A stretch of 64,000 bases of DNA from a virus. Lineage: Duplodnaviria > Caudoviricetes. Positions 36,759 to 46,587 of this stretch are shown here, piece after piece (the stretch's first letter is position 1; each line of letters starts with the position of its first letter). The position numbers and the translations under genes were made by a program. The stretch spans positions 9,811 through 73,810 of the IMG/VR virus record IMGVR_UViG_2806310985_000007. The stretch is one strand, 5' to 3'. The notes below the pieces were generated by a model, which was given only the letters and a program-made list of their open reading frames with translations, did no database searches and was not told the origin of the DNA.

Positions 36759-38013
36759 CGGGATTTTCCTCCTTTCCTGGTTGTGTATCTGCAAAAGCTC
36801 CGGCGTTACCAAGCGGGAGCATATTGCCATTGATAAGGTAGAGATCGCCGCCATCCTCGGCTGGGATGCGATCCATGTTCTCCAGTTCCCGGATGTCGTT
36901 GGCGCTCATCCAGCCGTTCTGCCTTGCTGTGGCATAGCCGGACATCCTGCTGGCATAATCACCACGAAGCAGCCCTTCCACGTTAAACTTGGCAAAGTAC
37001 TGTTTCTTTTCCTCCGGTGAAAAGAGCGTCCGCTGGATGGACTGCTCCCAGCGCACCAGCCAGGGTTCCAGTGTGTATTTCACGAACTCCAGAGACTGCT
37101 GCTCAATATTGGAAAAGCTGGACTTTTCCAGGTCGCCCACCATATGAGGCGGCACTCGGAATATACGGGCGATCTCGTTGATCTGGAACTTTCTTGTTTC
37201 CAGGAACTGCGCCTGTTCCGGGGAGATGCCGATAGGCGTGTATTTCATGCCCTCCTCTAAAACGGCGATCTTGTTGGCGTTGCCGCTGCCGCCGAAGGTG
37301 GACTGCCAGCTTTCCCGGACACGGCCTGGGTCTTTGATTGTTCCCGGATGCTCCAGCACGCCGCCGGGAGCAGCACCGTTGGCGAAGAACTTCGCCCCGT
37401 ATTCCTCACAGGCGATTGCCATGCCGATGGCGTTTTTCGCCATAGCGATAGGCGAATAGCCCACAAGCCCGTCAAATCCAAGCCCCGGAATATGCAGCAC
37501 ATCCGAGGGTTTCAGCCGCACGACTGTGCCCTTGACCGTTGGCGCATCGTCGGTGCTGACCGTGTATTCGTAGTAGAGCTTGCCGTCCCTGTCACGGTCT
37601 ACCGTCATCCTGTCCGGCATCAGCGGATAAAGGGCAATGACCTCGCCCTTGCCGTTGCGGATGATCTGGGCGTAGGCGTTGCCCCACAGGAGAAGGTGGG
37701 TCATGAGCGTTTCCCGGAACACAAAGGAACTCATCTCCGGGTTCGGTTCATCATGCAAAAGCAGATACAGCGGATGGTCGATGCCCTTTTCCTTGCCGCC
37801 GTCCTCCTTATAGCGGTAGAGGTGGAGCGGCAGTCCCGCCACAGCCTCTGCCAGGATACGGACGCAGGAATACACCGCCGTCATCTGCATGGCGGAGCGT
37901 TCATTGACCCGTTTGCCCGCCGAGCTGCTGCCAAAGAAAAAGCTGTAGGCGCTGCCCGTGGTGCGGTTCTGGGGCTTATCCCTGGAACGGAAAAGCCCTG
38001 AAAAGATACCCAT
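36643..38013 (-). CDS. Portal protein, HK97 family
   Basis: AVYSCVRILAE, LL.GNAY, IARIFRVPP. Confidence 0.95.
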   Translation of the reverse strand: MGIFSGLFRSRDKPQNRTTGSAYSFFFGSSSAGKRVNERSAMQMTAVYSCVRILAEAVAGLPLHLYRYKEDGGKEKGIDHPLYLLLHDEPNPEMSSFVFRETLMTHLLLWGNAYAQIIRNGKGEVIALYPLMPDRMTVDRDRDGKLYYEYTVSTDDAPTVKGTVVRLKPSDVLHIPGLGFDGLVGYSPIAMAKNAIGMAIACEEYGAKFFANGAAPGGVLEHPGTIKDPGRVRESWQSTFGGSGNANKIAVLEEGMKYTPIGISPEQAQFLETRKFQINEIARIFRVPPHMVGDLEKSSFSNIEQQSLEFVKYTLEPWLVRWEQSIQRTLFSPEEKKQYFAKFNVEGLLRGDYASRMSGYATARQNGWMSANDIRELENMDRIPAEDGGDLYLINGNMLPLGNAGAFADTQPGKEENPDEEVLEVDKQDGDESGESDGNSGENAVPERHHRRGKLV

Positions 38014-38032
38014 ATGTGATCACCGTCCTTTC

Positions 38033-39634
38033 TCAAATAAACAAAAGGCCCCGGCTGTCATAAATCGAAGCTCCCGTATCGTTGCCACAGCGGATCGCCC
38101 GGTCAAGCCCCATGATGGTGGCGATTGCCCCGTCGATCTTCTCTGTGGATTTTTCCTTGTCCGCCTTGATGTTGCCTGCCGGGTCGGTGCGGATGTAGAT
38201 GTTATCCATCATCCACCGCAGCACCGGGTGGCCACCGTGGGCGACCTTTTCCTCCAGCACCAGCTTCATCAGTTCTTTAGTCGGCGGAGACATATCTTTA
38301 AAACCCTGCCCGAAGGGGACTACCGTAAAGCCCATGCCTTCCAGGTTCTGCACCATCTGCACAGCGCCCCAGCGGTCGAAGGCAATCTCCCGGATGTTGA
38401 ACTTCTCGCCGAGCCTTTCGATGAATTTCTCAATGTAGCCGTAGTGGACCACGTTGCCTTCCGTGGTCATCAGCGTCCCCTGCCGCTCCCACAGGTTGTA
38501 GGGAACATGGTCGCGCCGGACACGAAGATCCAGAGTTTCTTCCGGTATCCAGAAGTATGGAAGGATATAGTATTTGTCCTCCTCATCCATCGGTGGGAAC
38601 ACCAGCACAAAGGCTGTGATATCCGTGGTGGAGGATAAGTCCAGACCGCCGTAGCAGATGCGCCCCTCCAGATCGTCCTCGGAAACAGTGAATGCACAGG
38701 CGTCCCATTTTTCCATCGGCATCCAGCGCACCGACTGCTTGACCCACTGGTTGAGCCTTAGCTGCCGGAAAGCGTTCTCCTCGCCCGGATTCTGCTGGGC
38801 GGATTCACAGGCGGCTTTGACCTTATCGATACCCACCGTGATGCCGAGAGATGGATTGGCTTTCTTCCAGACCTCCGGGTCTGTCCAGTCCTCATCCTCG
38901 GCAGCACCGTAAATGATGGAGTAGAAGGTGGGATCGACCTTCCTGCCTTCCGCAATGTCGATGGCTTTCTGATGCACCTCATAGCAGATGGAGTTGGTGT
39001 CGTTTCCGGCAGTAGTGATTAGGAAATACAGCGGCTGCATCCTGGCGTCCCCGGAGCCCTGGAGCATAACGTCAAAGAGCTTTCGGTTGGGCTGGGTATG
39101 CAGCTCATCGAAAATGACGCCGTGGGTGTTGAAGCCATGCTTGTTCGCCACATCTGCTGACAGCACCTGATAGGAGCTGTTGGTAGGGAGATAGGTGATC
39201 TTCTTCTGGGATTCCAGGATCTTTACGCGCTTTGAGAGTGCCGGGCAAAACCGCACCATGTCCACAGCCACATCAAAGACGATCTTTGCCTGGTTCCTGT
39301 CGGCGGCGCATCCGTACACCTCGGCGCGTTCCTCACCGTCCCCGCACAGGAGCAGGAGCGCCACAGCGGCGGCAAGCTCCGATTTGCCCTGTTTCTTCGG
39401 TATCTCGATGTAAGCTGTATTGAACTGCCGGTAGCCGTTGGGCTTTAGGACACCGAACAGGTCACGGATGATCTGCTCTTGCCAGTCGATCAGTTCAAAG
39501 GGCTTGCCTGCCCAGGTGCCTTTGGTGTGGCAGAGGGACTCGATGAACATGACCGCATAGTCGGCGGCGTCCTTATCGTAGTGCGAGGTTTTCGCCATAA
39601 ACCTGGTAGGCTTGTATTTCTTCAGTTTTCGCAT
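38033..39634 (-). CDS. terL: Terminase large subunit
   Basis: PKKQGKS, IFDELH, ITTAG, GGLDLS, KIDG. Confidence 0.95.
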   Translation of the reverse strand: MRKLKKYKPTRFMAKTSHYDKDAADYAVMFIESLCHTKGTWAGKPFELIDWQEQIIRDLFGVLKPNGYRQFNTAYIEIPKKQGKSELAAAVALLLLCGDGEERAEVYGCAADRNQAKIVFDVAVDMVRFCPALSKRVKILESQKKITYLPTNSSYQVLSADVANKHGFNTHGVIFDELHTQPNRKLFDVMLQGSGDARMQPLYFLITTAGNDTNSICYEVHQKAIDIAEGRKVDPTFYSIIYGAAEDEDWTDPEVWKKANPSLGITVGIDKVKAACESAQQNPGEENAFRQLRLNQWVKQSVRWMPMEKWDACAFTVSEDDLEGRICYGGLDLSSTTDITAFVLVFPPMDEEDKYYILPYFWIPEETLDLRVRRDHVPYNLWERQGTLMTTEGNVVHYGYIEKFIERLGEKFNIREIAFDRWGAVQMVQNLEGMGFTVVPFGQGFKDMSPPTKELMKLVLEEKVAHGGHPVLRWMMDNIYIRTDPAGNIKADKEKSTEKIDGAIATIMGLDRAIRCGNDTGASIYDSRGLLFI

Positions 39635-39750
39635 AGGCACCACCTCCAAAATGGCATAAAAAAGAGCCGCATGACTGCGACTTCCAAAATGTATCTGTAC
39701 GAGAGAAAGAGCCGTGCGGCTCGTTCTCAGGGTATTGTTTTCGCTGTTAT

Positions 39751-40071
39751 TTACTGCTGCATCGCCCAGGCAATAGCGTGACCGCCATCCTCGAAAAGTT
39801 CCCCGCTCATGGCGATGAGGTTCAGTCGGCACTCGATGTGGCTGTATCCGGTTTCCTCCGGGGTCTCAATGAACTCGTACACTCCGGCGATGAATCCCTT
39901 CCATGCGTGGTCGGTGACCAGTACCTTATCGCCCATCTTCAGCACTGCGCCTTCTCCGGCGGTAACCTTCATCGAAAGGTTCTCCATCGTGCTGGTGTTC
40001 GGTAGCCGGTAGTGGTTTTCGCAATTCTCGGTGTAGTCTTCGTATCTCTTAATTCCTGTGTTTTCCATCAT
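39751..40071 (-). CDS. Hypothetical protein
   Basis: MMENTGIK..., GGAGG SD; FEDGGHAIAWA. Confidence 0.7.
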   Translation of the reverse strand: MMENTGIKRYEDYTENCENHYRLPNTSTMENLSMKVTAGEGAVLKMGDKVLVTDHAWKGFIAGVYEFIETPEETGYSHIECRLNLIAMSGELFEDGGHAIAWAMQQ

Positions 40072-40087
40072 CGTATCCTCCGATTTC

Positions 40088-40414
40088 TTAGTTGCTCCTG
40101 AGAACATCCACCAGCCATTCCGCTTCCTTGTGGTATTCGCCGGTGGCTTTCTCCAGAATGCTGCTGTCTTCATCGATGTAGCAAAGGGCTTTTCCGACCT
40201 TCACAAATCGTGTGTTCTCGTATCCGGGAAGGCTGGTGCGGTAGACCTTTGCGCTGCGGCTCTCACCGTCGTAGCTCTTGCCATCCCAGCCGTTGAAGGT
40301 GAAGCGGACGCTCTCGCGGGTCCTGGTAAAGCTCCCTTCAAAATCCTCTCTGGTGATTGCGGTGTTATGCTCCTTAAGGCTGAAGCTGTTCCTCATCTGG
40401 TAAATGTTCATCAT
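40088..40414 (-). CDS. Hypothetical protein
   Basis: MMNIYQMR..., GGAGG SD, downstream of a repeated promoter motif. Confidence 0.7.
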   Translation of the reverse strand: MMNIYQMRNSFSLKEHNTAITREDFEGSFTRTRESVRFTFNGWDGKSYDGESRSAKVYRTSLPGYENTRFVKVGKALCYIDEDSSILEKATGEYHKEAEWLVDVLRSN

Positions 40415-40538
40415 GTTGGTTTCCTCCGTTTTTCTTTGTTTTCCCTTTCGGTGTGTACATATTCGCTCTAAAAGCACAGAATAGCAAGTTAATTCCGAGC
40501 ATAATCTGCACAAAGATCAGTGGAGGAAACTGTGTACA

Positions 40539-40739
40539 TTACTCCTGCATATGGCGGTGGATCGTCTCGATGATCTGTTCCTGCTCGGCGGTGTCCACGC
40601 CGATTGACCGGAGCGCCTGCCTTGTCCCACAGTCTGGGCAGATGAGGGTCTTGTTGTCCTCCCTGGAAAGCGCCGGAGCGCCATGATAAGTCCTGCCGCA
40701 AAGTGGGCAGACCGCCGTCCTTATGATGTTATCCTTCAT
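40539..40739 (-). CDS. Small zinc-finger protein
   Basis: CPLCG...ALSRED...ICPDCG. Confidence 0.75.
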   Translation of the reverse strand: MKDNIIRTAVCPLCGRTYHGAPALSREDNKTLICPDCGTRQALRSIGVDTAEQEQIIETIHRHMQE

Positions 40740-41205
40740 AGCCGCATACCTCCCTGCATTTTTCGTAGGCGTCGATCAGAATGTTCTTGTCGAAGTAAAA
40801 GGTGTCGTATCCCTCCAAGCAGGTCCTCATGTAAAAGTTGGTGGGGATGCCGATGGGGCGCTCCTCATGCATGATGTAGGCAAAGGCCGTCACCGTTCTG
40901 CGTTTCCCTGTACGGATTCCCTTGTATTGGAGATTGATGTCCTTCTTGTAGTAGAAATTGGGAAATCCCTCGTAGCGGTCGAGGGCGGCTTCATCCGCAG
41001 CCGTTACCTCCCAGATCACCACGGGAACCGTGCCGCTTTCGCATTCCTCAATCGTGAGGTAAGAGCCGGTCTTGCTTCCTTTGAACAGTAGCTCCCATCC
41101 CTTGAGAGCAGCTGTACCAAGGATCGTGGCGTGAGGGCAGCGCATCTGCATCTGCGGAACATTGAGGTTGCTGCCGTAGGCGATGTAGTATCTTTTTTCT
41201 TTCAT
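40729..41205 (-). CDS. Gamma-glutamylcyclotransferase (AIG2-like)
   Basis: YIAYGSNL, LDRYEG.P..Y. Confidence 0.88.
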   Translation of the reverse strand: MKEKRYYIAYGSNLNVPQMQMRCPHATILGTAALKGWELLFKGSKTGSYLTIEECESGTVPVVIWEVTAADEAALDRYEGFPNFYYKKDINLQYKGIRTGKRRTVTAFAYIMHEERPIGIPTNFYMRTCLEGYDTFYFDKNILIDAYEKCREVCGYEG

Positions 41206-41302
41206 GTGTATCCATCCTTTCCTGGAGGACTTAGGTTACTTGTCCTTCTACCACCCTAAGACCGCCGAAGCGGTCAGGGGCAGGGCATTTAACCTAAATC
41301 CT

Positions 41303-42253
41303 TCAAGCGGCTGCTCTGCCATGCCGGAAGGCTGTATCTCCAGTAAGGTTGCGGGTCAGGAAATCTCTGGCCGTTGCGAACTCCTCGCCGATGAAGCCCA
41401 TGCGGAGGAGCCAGGTTCTCATGGCGTACTTGGGGTTTTCGCTCTGCTGGGGCTTGGGGCTTGCCGTCCGCACATCCTTTGCCATCTGGCTCAGGGCCAG
41501 GCAAAGCTGAATGTAGCTTTTGAGCTGTCCTGCGTGGATGCCGCCCCGACGCTCTGTGGTCGGCTCGTCAAACTGGAAGAGCCTGAACTCGACTGTCCCT
41601 TTGGTAAAGGTGGCGTGGAGGTTGAGCATATGGTAGCGGCTGTCGTTGTAATGCTGGTTCCTGCCGTAGCTTGCGCCGTGGCTGGTGTACCAGATGTCCG
41701 CAAGCTGTGCCATCGTCTTGGGCTTTCTGCTGTTGACCTTGGCGAGAAAGTTGGGGTCTACCGTGCGGCAGTAGCGGCTCATGCGGCTGCGGTCGAGCTT
41801 TAAAGCCTCGGCGATCAGGCTTTCGTGGCTTGCCATGATGTTGGCAAGGTTCCGAAGGCTCTGCGGCGTATGCCCCTGCGCACCGATGTGGATGTGGACT
41901 CCGCATCCCCTGGAGGCGTCGCTTTTCGCTCCCGCGTGTCTGAGCTGTCTGCAAAGCTCCTGCAGGGTCTCAATGTCCCCGTAGGTCAGGATCGGGGTGA
42001 CCAGTTCGCATTTCTGCTCGTCCGGTCCTGCGATGGAAACGTCCTTCTGGAATTTCCACTCGCGCCCTTGTGCGTCCCAAGCCGACCAGGTGCTGTAGCC
42101 GTTGCGGCCTGCGGTATTCTCAAATCTGCCTGTACCGAAGAAGTCGGCGGCAACCTTGGCTGCCTTCTGGCGGGTGATGCTGTTCATCTCGACCTCGACC
42201 CCGATGGTCTGGTTTTTCATCTCTGTGATCTGCCTTGCTGTTTTCTCGTTCAT
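41303..42253 (-). CDS. Putative amidoligase (COOH-NH2 ligase, Amidoligase_2)
   Basis: IGVEVEM, D.SI, ELVTP.L, CGVHIHIG, RY..LN, TVEFR. Confidence 0.88.
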   Translation of the reverse strand: MNEKTARQITEMKNQTIGVEVEMNSITRQKAAKVAADFFGTGRFENTAGRNGYSTWSAWDAQGREWKFQKDVSIAGPDEQKCELVTPILTYGDIETLQELCRQLRHAGAKSDASRGCGVHIHIGAQGHTPQSLRNLANIMASHESLIAEALKLDRSRMSRYCRTVDPNFLAKVNSRKPKTMAQLADIWYTSHGASYGRNQHYNDSRYHMLNLHATFTKGTVEFRLFQFDEPTTERRGGIHAGQLKSYIQLCLALSQMAKDVRTASPKPQQSENPKYAMRTWLLRMGFIGEEFATARDFLTRNLTGDTAFRHGRAAA

Positions 42254-42382
42254 GGTGAATCCTCCGTTTTCGTTTGGTGTGTTTTCCCTTTCGGTGTACA
42301 CATATTCGCTCTAAAAGAGGATAATAGCAAGGCCATTTCCGATAATATACTACACAAAGATGACCGCAAAATATTGTGTAGT

Positions 42383-42631
42383 TTACACCTGTTTATTACC
42401 ATCAGATGTGTTCTTAACCTTTTGGCACAGATCCTCTCCAAACGCCACGGAAAGGCCGCTGCCGTTGTCCCAGGCGACCATGATGGAGCCGATATCATCC
42501 ACGCCCATCACAGTGCCCTGTGTGCCGATTGGCGGTGCCTGGGGATCGTCCATTTGTAGCAGCTCCACACGGGTGCCGGAAGGAAACTCCTTGCGGATGC
42601 GCTCCACAACTTCCTTACTCGGAAACCGCAT
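42383..42631 (-). CDS. DUF4314-like protein
   Basis: GTRVEL..MDD, GTV.GVDDIG.I.V.WDNGS.L. Confidence 0.8.
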   Translation of the reverse strand: MRFPSKEVVERIRKEFPSGTRVELLQMDDPQAPPIGTQGTVMGVDDIGSIMVAWDNGSGLSVAFGEDLCQKVKNTSDGNKQV

Positions 42632-43325
42632 GGTCAGCACCTCCATTCTTAAATGCCGAAGAACCGGAGAGGTTCTTCAGCAGGATCTTGCGTTCGACTT
42701 TGTATTCACTGCCTATGAAGCCCAGGCGCAGGAGAAAGCAGCGGAAGGCGTACTTCTCATTATCCACCGCTTTCTCCGTGACCGTCACGCGCTTGGCGTT
42801 TTTGCTCATCTCGCAGAGTGCGGAAATGAAATGGGTGTAGGCTTTGACCGCATCGGCGTCAGGCATCTCTCTAAACCAGGGAAATGCTACCCGGTCTTCC
42901 TGAATCTCAATTGGAAGTTCGCTAACACCGAGCGCCTTCTTAATCAGGCTACCTTTGGCATCCAGCAGTTTAGTGAGGTTGCCAACCGCCGCTTTGTCCA
43001 GCGGAATCTCCACTGTAAGCCCCACAGTTTCGCTCTGTGGCGCAGTGTCGGCGGCTTCGGATTCTTCCTCGGAGAGCTGTTCCTCGCCGTCCTGCGCCTC
43101 GCATTCAAAGCCTGCGGCGGTGATAGCTTCAAGTACCTGCTCGACCTCCTCGCTGTCGGCGCAGTCGTCAAACAGGAGCGTCCCGTCCTTGGTGACCGTG
43201 AAGTAGTCGATCTCATAATTGCAGGTGGGCATGAATTTGTATTCCGCCCTGGCACCTGTGGCATCCGAAATGACCTTGACCAGTTCCTTGCGCTTTGCGC
43301 CTGTCACATTGTATCTGATTTCCAT
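42615..43325 (-). CDS. Phage 'virulence-related' protein of unknown function
   Basis: RKELV..I; NEKYAFRCFLLRLGFIG.EYK..RK.L. Confidence 0.75.
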   Translation of the reverse strand: MEIRYNVTGAKRKELVKVISDATGARAEYKFMPTCNYEIDYFTVTKDGTLLFDDCADSEEVEQVLEAITAAGFECEAQDGEEQLSEEESEAADTAPQSETVGLTVEIPLDKAAVGNLTKLLDAKGSLIKKALGVSELPIEIQEDRVAFPWFREMPDADAVKAYTHFISALCEMSKNAKRVTVTEKAVDNEKYAFRCFLLRLGFIGSEYKVERKILLKNLSGSSAFKNGGADHAVSE

Positions 43326-43424
43326 GTGCGAAAACCTCCTTTGTTTTTGGTAGTCACATATTCGCTCTGAACCCCTGAAATAGCAAGCGATTTCCGCACA
43401 TTTTGCTTTAGAATAGCTGCCTGA

Positions 43425-45362
43425 TCATTCGCCGGATAACTGTGCATAGTACACGATGCCGGAAAGCACAAAACAGACGTTGGGAAGCGCCACGCCGTTG
43501 CCCCACATCTTGTATTCCGCAGAATCGGAGTGAGGGTCTTTCAGCCACTTGATGATCTGATTGCGGCTCTTCGGCTTAGAGGAAGCTCCCATGACCCTCC
43601 GGTGTGTCTCAAACACCTCCGTCCAGAACTCGATCTCTTCCTCGGTCGGTTCGTCAGTCTCTAAATTGGAACACCACCAGTCCGGGAACCCTTGCAGTCT
43701 GGCACATTCGGTAGGCGTCAGTCTGCGAACAATGTAGTCAGGCTCCTTGGATACGGTAGGCGGATCTTTGAAATCTGTAGCGACCAACGTTTCCGTCACA
43801 TCATCATCCGTAAAATTGGTGTGAAAGGAACTCTTGCTTGAATGATAGATAGGCTGTCCGACCGCTCCCGGTCCTTTGGACACCATCGTTGGCTCGATCT
43901 CTGTTTCCACCGTGATTCCGAACTTGGCATTCCGTCCCATGTTGTATGTGGCACGGTCGATTCCGTAGGCTACCGCATGACGGTCGGTAGCATCCAGCGT
44001 GAAGGACACATCCTCATTGACGCCGCTGCCCTGGGGACCGTTCTTGTCGGATCTTCCGATCATGGAACCCTGCACAGCCACCACAGCCATGCCGCCCTGG
44101 TTGCAGGAGGGATTGCCGCCCCCCCTGTCCAAACAGCGGGAAGTGTCCGCTTCATAAAAACCGCTGTGCGGATTGTCCGATTGCATGGCGTGGCTCTGCT
44201 TGGAGCAGATGCCGTAGACCTTCGGCACAAATACCGTCTGGTCATTGTTGCAGCCGAGGGTAGCGGATTTGTTCTCCTGAATTAATGCACCCTTGCCGCC
44301 GCCCTCACAACCGGAGCGGATCTTCAGCGTCTTTGGCGTTTCCACCACGAAGGGCTGATTGTTGCCGCCCGTTCCGTAGGTAGACATGACCGTTGGTGCC
44401 GTCTTCAATGGACCGGTGTATCTGGTGTCCTGGCTATGGTTCTCATAGACTGCTGCAGGGACTGTTCCTGCCCGGAGGGTGGGAGAGGTTTCCTCCTCGT
44501 AACCGATGGAGCGGCTGTGTGCGGAATGCTCGGTGCAAAATCCTGCCGATTCCATCACGCAGGGAGGATGATGGGCTTCTGCCCGGAGAGTGCAGGTGAC
44601 GCCGTCCGTTACATCCATACGGTTTCCACCCTGGTCATTCAGGCAGACGCAGCCTGCCGCTCCAGAGCCTTTTTCAGAAGCTCCGGCAGCTCCTTGCCAC
44701 GAACGGAAGCCCTGCGGAGTATACCCAGACACGCCTTCGGACTCAAATAGTATTTTTCCGGCACTCCCGCCTGCAAGATCTGCGACAAGGTAGATACGTT
44801 TTCTGCGCTGGGGAACTCCCCAGTACTGCGCATCAAATACCCGCCATGCGAGACTGAAATCATCTGCCACGATCTCTCCGGCGGTCGGCCACCCCTCAGG
44901 TCGAGGAGTATGAATTTCGTATCCCTTGACCGAGCAGACCTCTTCGAGGACGGACTGGAAGTCCGCGCCCTTGTTGGAGCTGAACGCGCCGGGGACGTTC
45001 TCCCATATGATGTATCTTGGATATCTGCCATTGGTTTTGCACCTCATTTCCTTTACGATTCGGACGGCTTCATAGAAAAGACTGGAACGGGAGCCGTCCA
45101 AGCCCTCCCGCCGACCTGCGATACTCATGTCCTGGCAGGGTGAGCCGAAGGTGATGATATCCACCGGCTCAATATCTGCGCCGTTCATTTTCGAGACATC
45201 GCCGTAATGCTTTATAAACGGCAGCCGTTTGGTGGTCACCCGGATAGGAAACGGCTCGATCTCCGAAGCCCACACAGGGGTAATGCCGGAGATCAAGCCG
45301 CCTAAAGGAAAACCGCCGGAGCCGTCAAACAGGCTGCCGAGGGTCAGTTTATTCTGTTCCAT
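43425..45362 (-). CDS. DNA (cytosine-5) methyltransferase with long variable region
   Basis: SLFDGSGG, GSPCQD, ENV, PQRRKR, RRLTPTEC.RLQGFPD, GNGV. Confidence 0.93.
   Translation of the reverse strand: MEQNKLTLGSLFDGSGGFPLGGLISGITPVWASEIEPFPIRVTTKRLPFIKHYGDVSKMNGADIEPVDIITFGSPCQDMSIAGRREGLDGSRSSLFYEAVRIVKEMRCKTNGRYPRYIIWENVPGAFSSNKGADFQSVLEEVCSVKGYEIHTPRPEGWPTAGEIVADDFSLAWRVFDAQYWGVPQRRKRIYLVADLAGGSAGKILFESEGVSGYTPQGFRSWQGAAGASEKGSGAAGCVCLNDQGGNRMDVTDGVTCTLRAEAHHPPCVMESAGFCTEHSAHSRSIGYEEETSPTLRAGTVPAAVYENHSQDTRYTGPLKTAPTVMSTYGTGGNNQPFVVETPKTLKIRSGCEGGGKGALIQENKSATLGCNNDQTVFVPKVYGICSKQSHAMQSDNPHSGFYEADTSRCLDRGGGNPSCNQGGMAVVAVQGSMIGRSDKNGPQGSGVNEDVSFTLDATDRHAVAYGIDRATYNMGRNAKFGITVETEIEPTMVSKGPGAVGQPIYHSSKSSFHTNFTDDDVTETLVATDFKDPPTVSKEPDYIVRRLTPTECARLQGFPDWWCSNLETDEPTEEEIEFWTEVFETHRRVMGASSKPKSRNQIIKWLKDPHSDSAEYKMWGNGVALPNVCFVLSGIVYYAQLSGE
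44639..45031 (-). CDS. Nested alternative-frame ORF (130 aa) inside the C5-MTase
   Basis: GAGGTG SD 8 nt before ATG; STLSQIL...KYYLS..AC.GILRRA..RGK.LP. Confidence 0.6.
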   Translation of the reverse strand: MADIQDTSYGRTSPARSAPTRARTSSPSSKRSARSRDTKFILLDLRGGRPPERSWQMISVSHGGYLMRSTGEFPSAENVSTLSQILQAGVPEKYYLSPKACLGILRRASVRGKELPELLKKALERQAASA

Positions 45363-46587
45363 CCGCGACCTCCTCATAGCTGTATGTCTTACCGTCTCTC
45401 AGGACGCTTACGCCATCCGCAGAGCCGACCTGCTCGATGTAGCGGTTCACGATGACATCGCAGAACTTCTCGTCCAACTCAATGGTTCGGCAGATGCGGT
45501 CGGTCTGCTCACAGGCAATGAGGGTAGAACCGGAGCCGCCGAAGGGGTCCAGCACCACCGAGTTTGCCATACTGGAGTTGCCGATGGGATAAGCCAGCAG
45601 TGGGATTGGCTTCATGGTGGGATGGTCGCCGTTCTTCTTGGGTTTGTCGAACTCCCAGATGGTGGTTTCCTTCCTGCCCGTGTACCACTGGTGCCTGCCG
45701 TTTTTCTTCCAGCCGTACAGCACAGGCTCATGCTGCCACTGGTAGGGAGAGCGTCCAAGTACCAGGGACTGCTTCTTCCAGATACAGCAGCCGGATAAAT
45801 AAAATCCCGCATCGGCAAACGCCCTGCGGAAATTGAGTCCTTCGGTGTCGGCGTGGAACACATAGATGGATGCGTCCGCCGCCATGACCGACTCCATATT
45901 CTGAAATGCGGCAAGCAGAAACTCATAGAATTTCTCGCCTGCCATATTGTCGTTCTTGATTTTGCCCGCCGAGCCTTCATAGTTGACGTTGTACGGCGGG
46001 TCCGTAATAACCAGGTTTGCTTTGACGCCATCCATGAGTGTGGTGTATGTCTCAGCCTTCGTGGAGTCCCCGCACACCAGACGATGCCTGCCAAGCGTCC
46101 ATACATCGCCAAGCCGGGAGAACGCAGGTTTTTGCAGTTCCGCGTCCACATCGAAGTCATCCTCTTTGGCTTCCATGCCGTCATCAAACAGAGCTGCCAG
46201 TTCCTTTTCATCAAAGCCGGTGAGCAGAGGGTCAAAGTCCATGCCCTGCAAAGACTCGATCTCCACACGCAGAAGCTCCTCATCCCATCCGGCATCCATC
46301 GCCATGCGGTTGTCGGCGATGATGTAGGCTTTCTTCTGAGCTTCGGTAAGGTGGTCGGCAAAGACACACGGAACTTCCTTGATGCCTTCTTCTTTGGCAG
46401 CAAGAATACGTCCATGTCCGGCGATTACATTGAAATCCCTGTCAATGATAACGGGGTTGATAAAGCCGAACTCCCGGAGGGAGGAGCGGAGCTTCGTAAT
46501 CTGCTCCGGGGAGTGGGTGCGGGCGTTGTTCACATAGGGTACCAACTTGGAGATTGGCACCAGCTGCATTTCCGTTGTCGTTTTCAT
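45349..46587 (-). CDS. ParB-N domain + N4/N6 DNA methyltransferase
   Basis: NNARTH, IIAGHGR-like, ADNR; TDPPYN, HPTMKP, DPFGGSGST. Confidence 0.92.
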   Translation of the reverse strand: MKTTTEMQLVPISKLVPYVNNARTHSPEQITKLRSSLREFGFINPVIIDRDFNVIAGHGRILAAKEEGIKEVPCVFADHLTEAQKKAYIIADNRMAMDAGWDEELLRVEIESLQGMDFDPLLTGFDEKELAALFDDGMEAKEDDFDVDAELQKPAFSRLGDVWTLGRHRLVCGDSTKAETYTTLMDGVKANLVITDPPYNVNYEGSAGKIKNDNMAGEKFYEFLLAAFQNMESVMAADASIYVFHADTEGLNFRRAFADAGFYLSGCCIWKKQSLVLGRSPYQWQHEPVLYGWKKNGRHQWYTGRKETTIWEFDKPKKNGDHPTMKPIPLLAYPIGNSSMANSVVLDPFGGSGSTLIACEQTDRICRTIELDEKFCDVIVNRYIEQVGSADGVSVLRDGKTYSYEEVADGTE

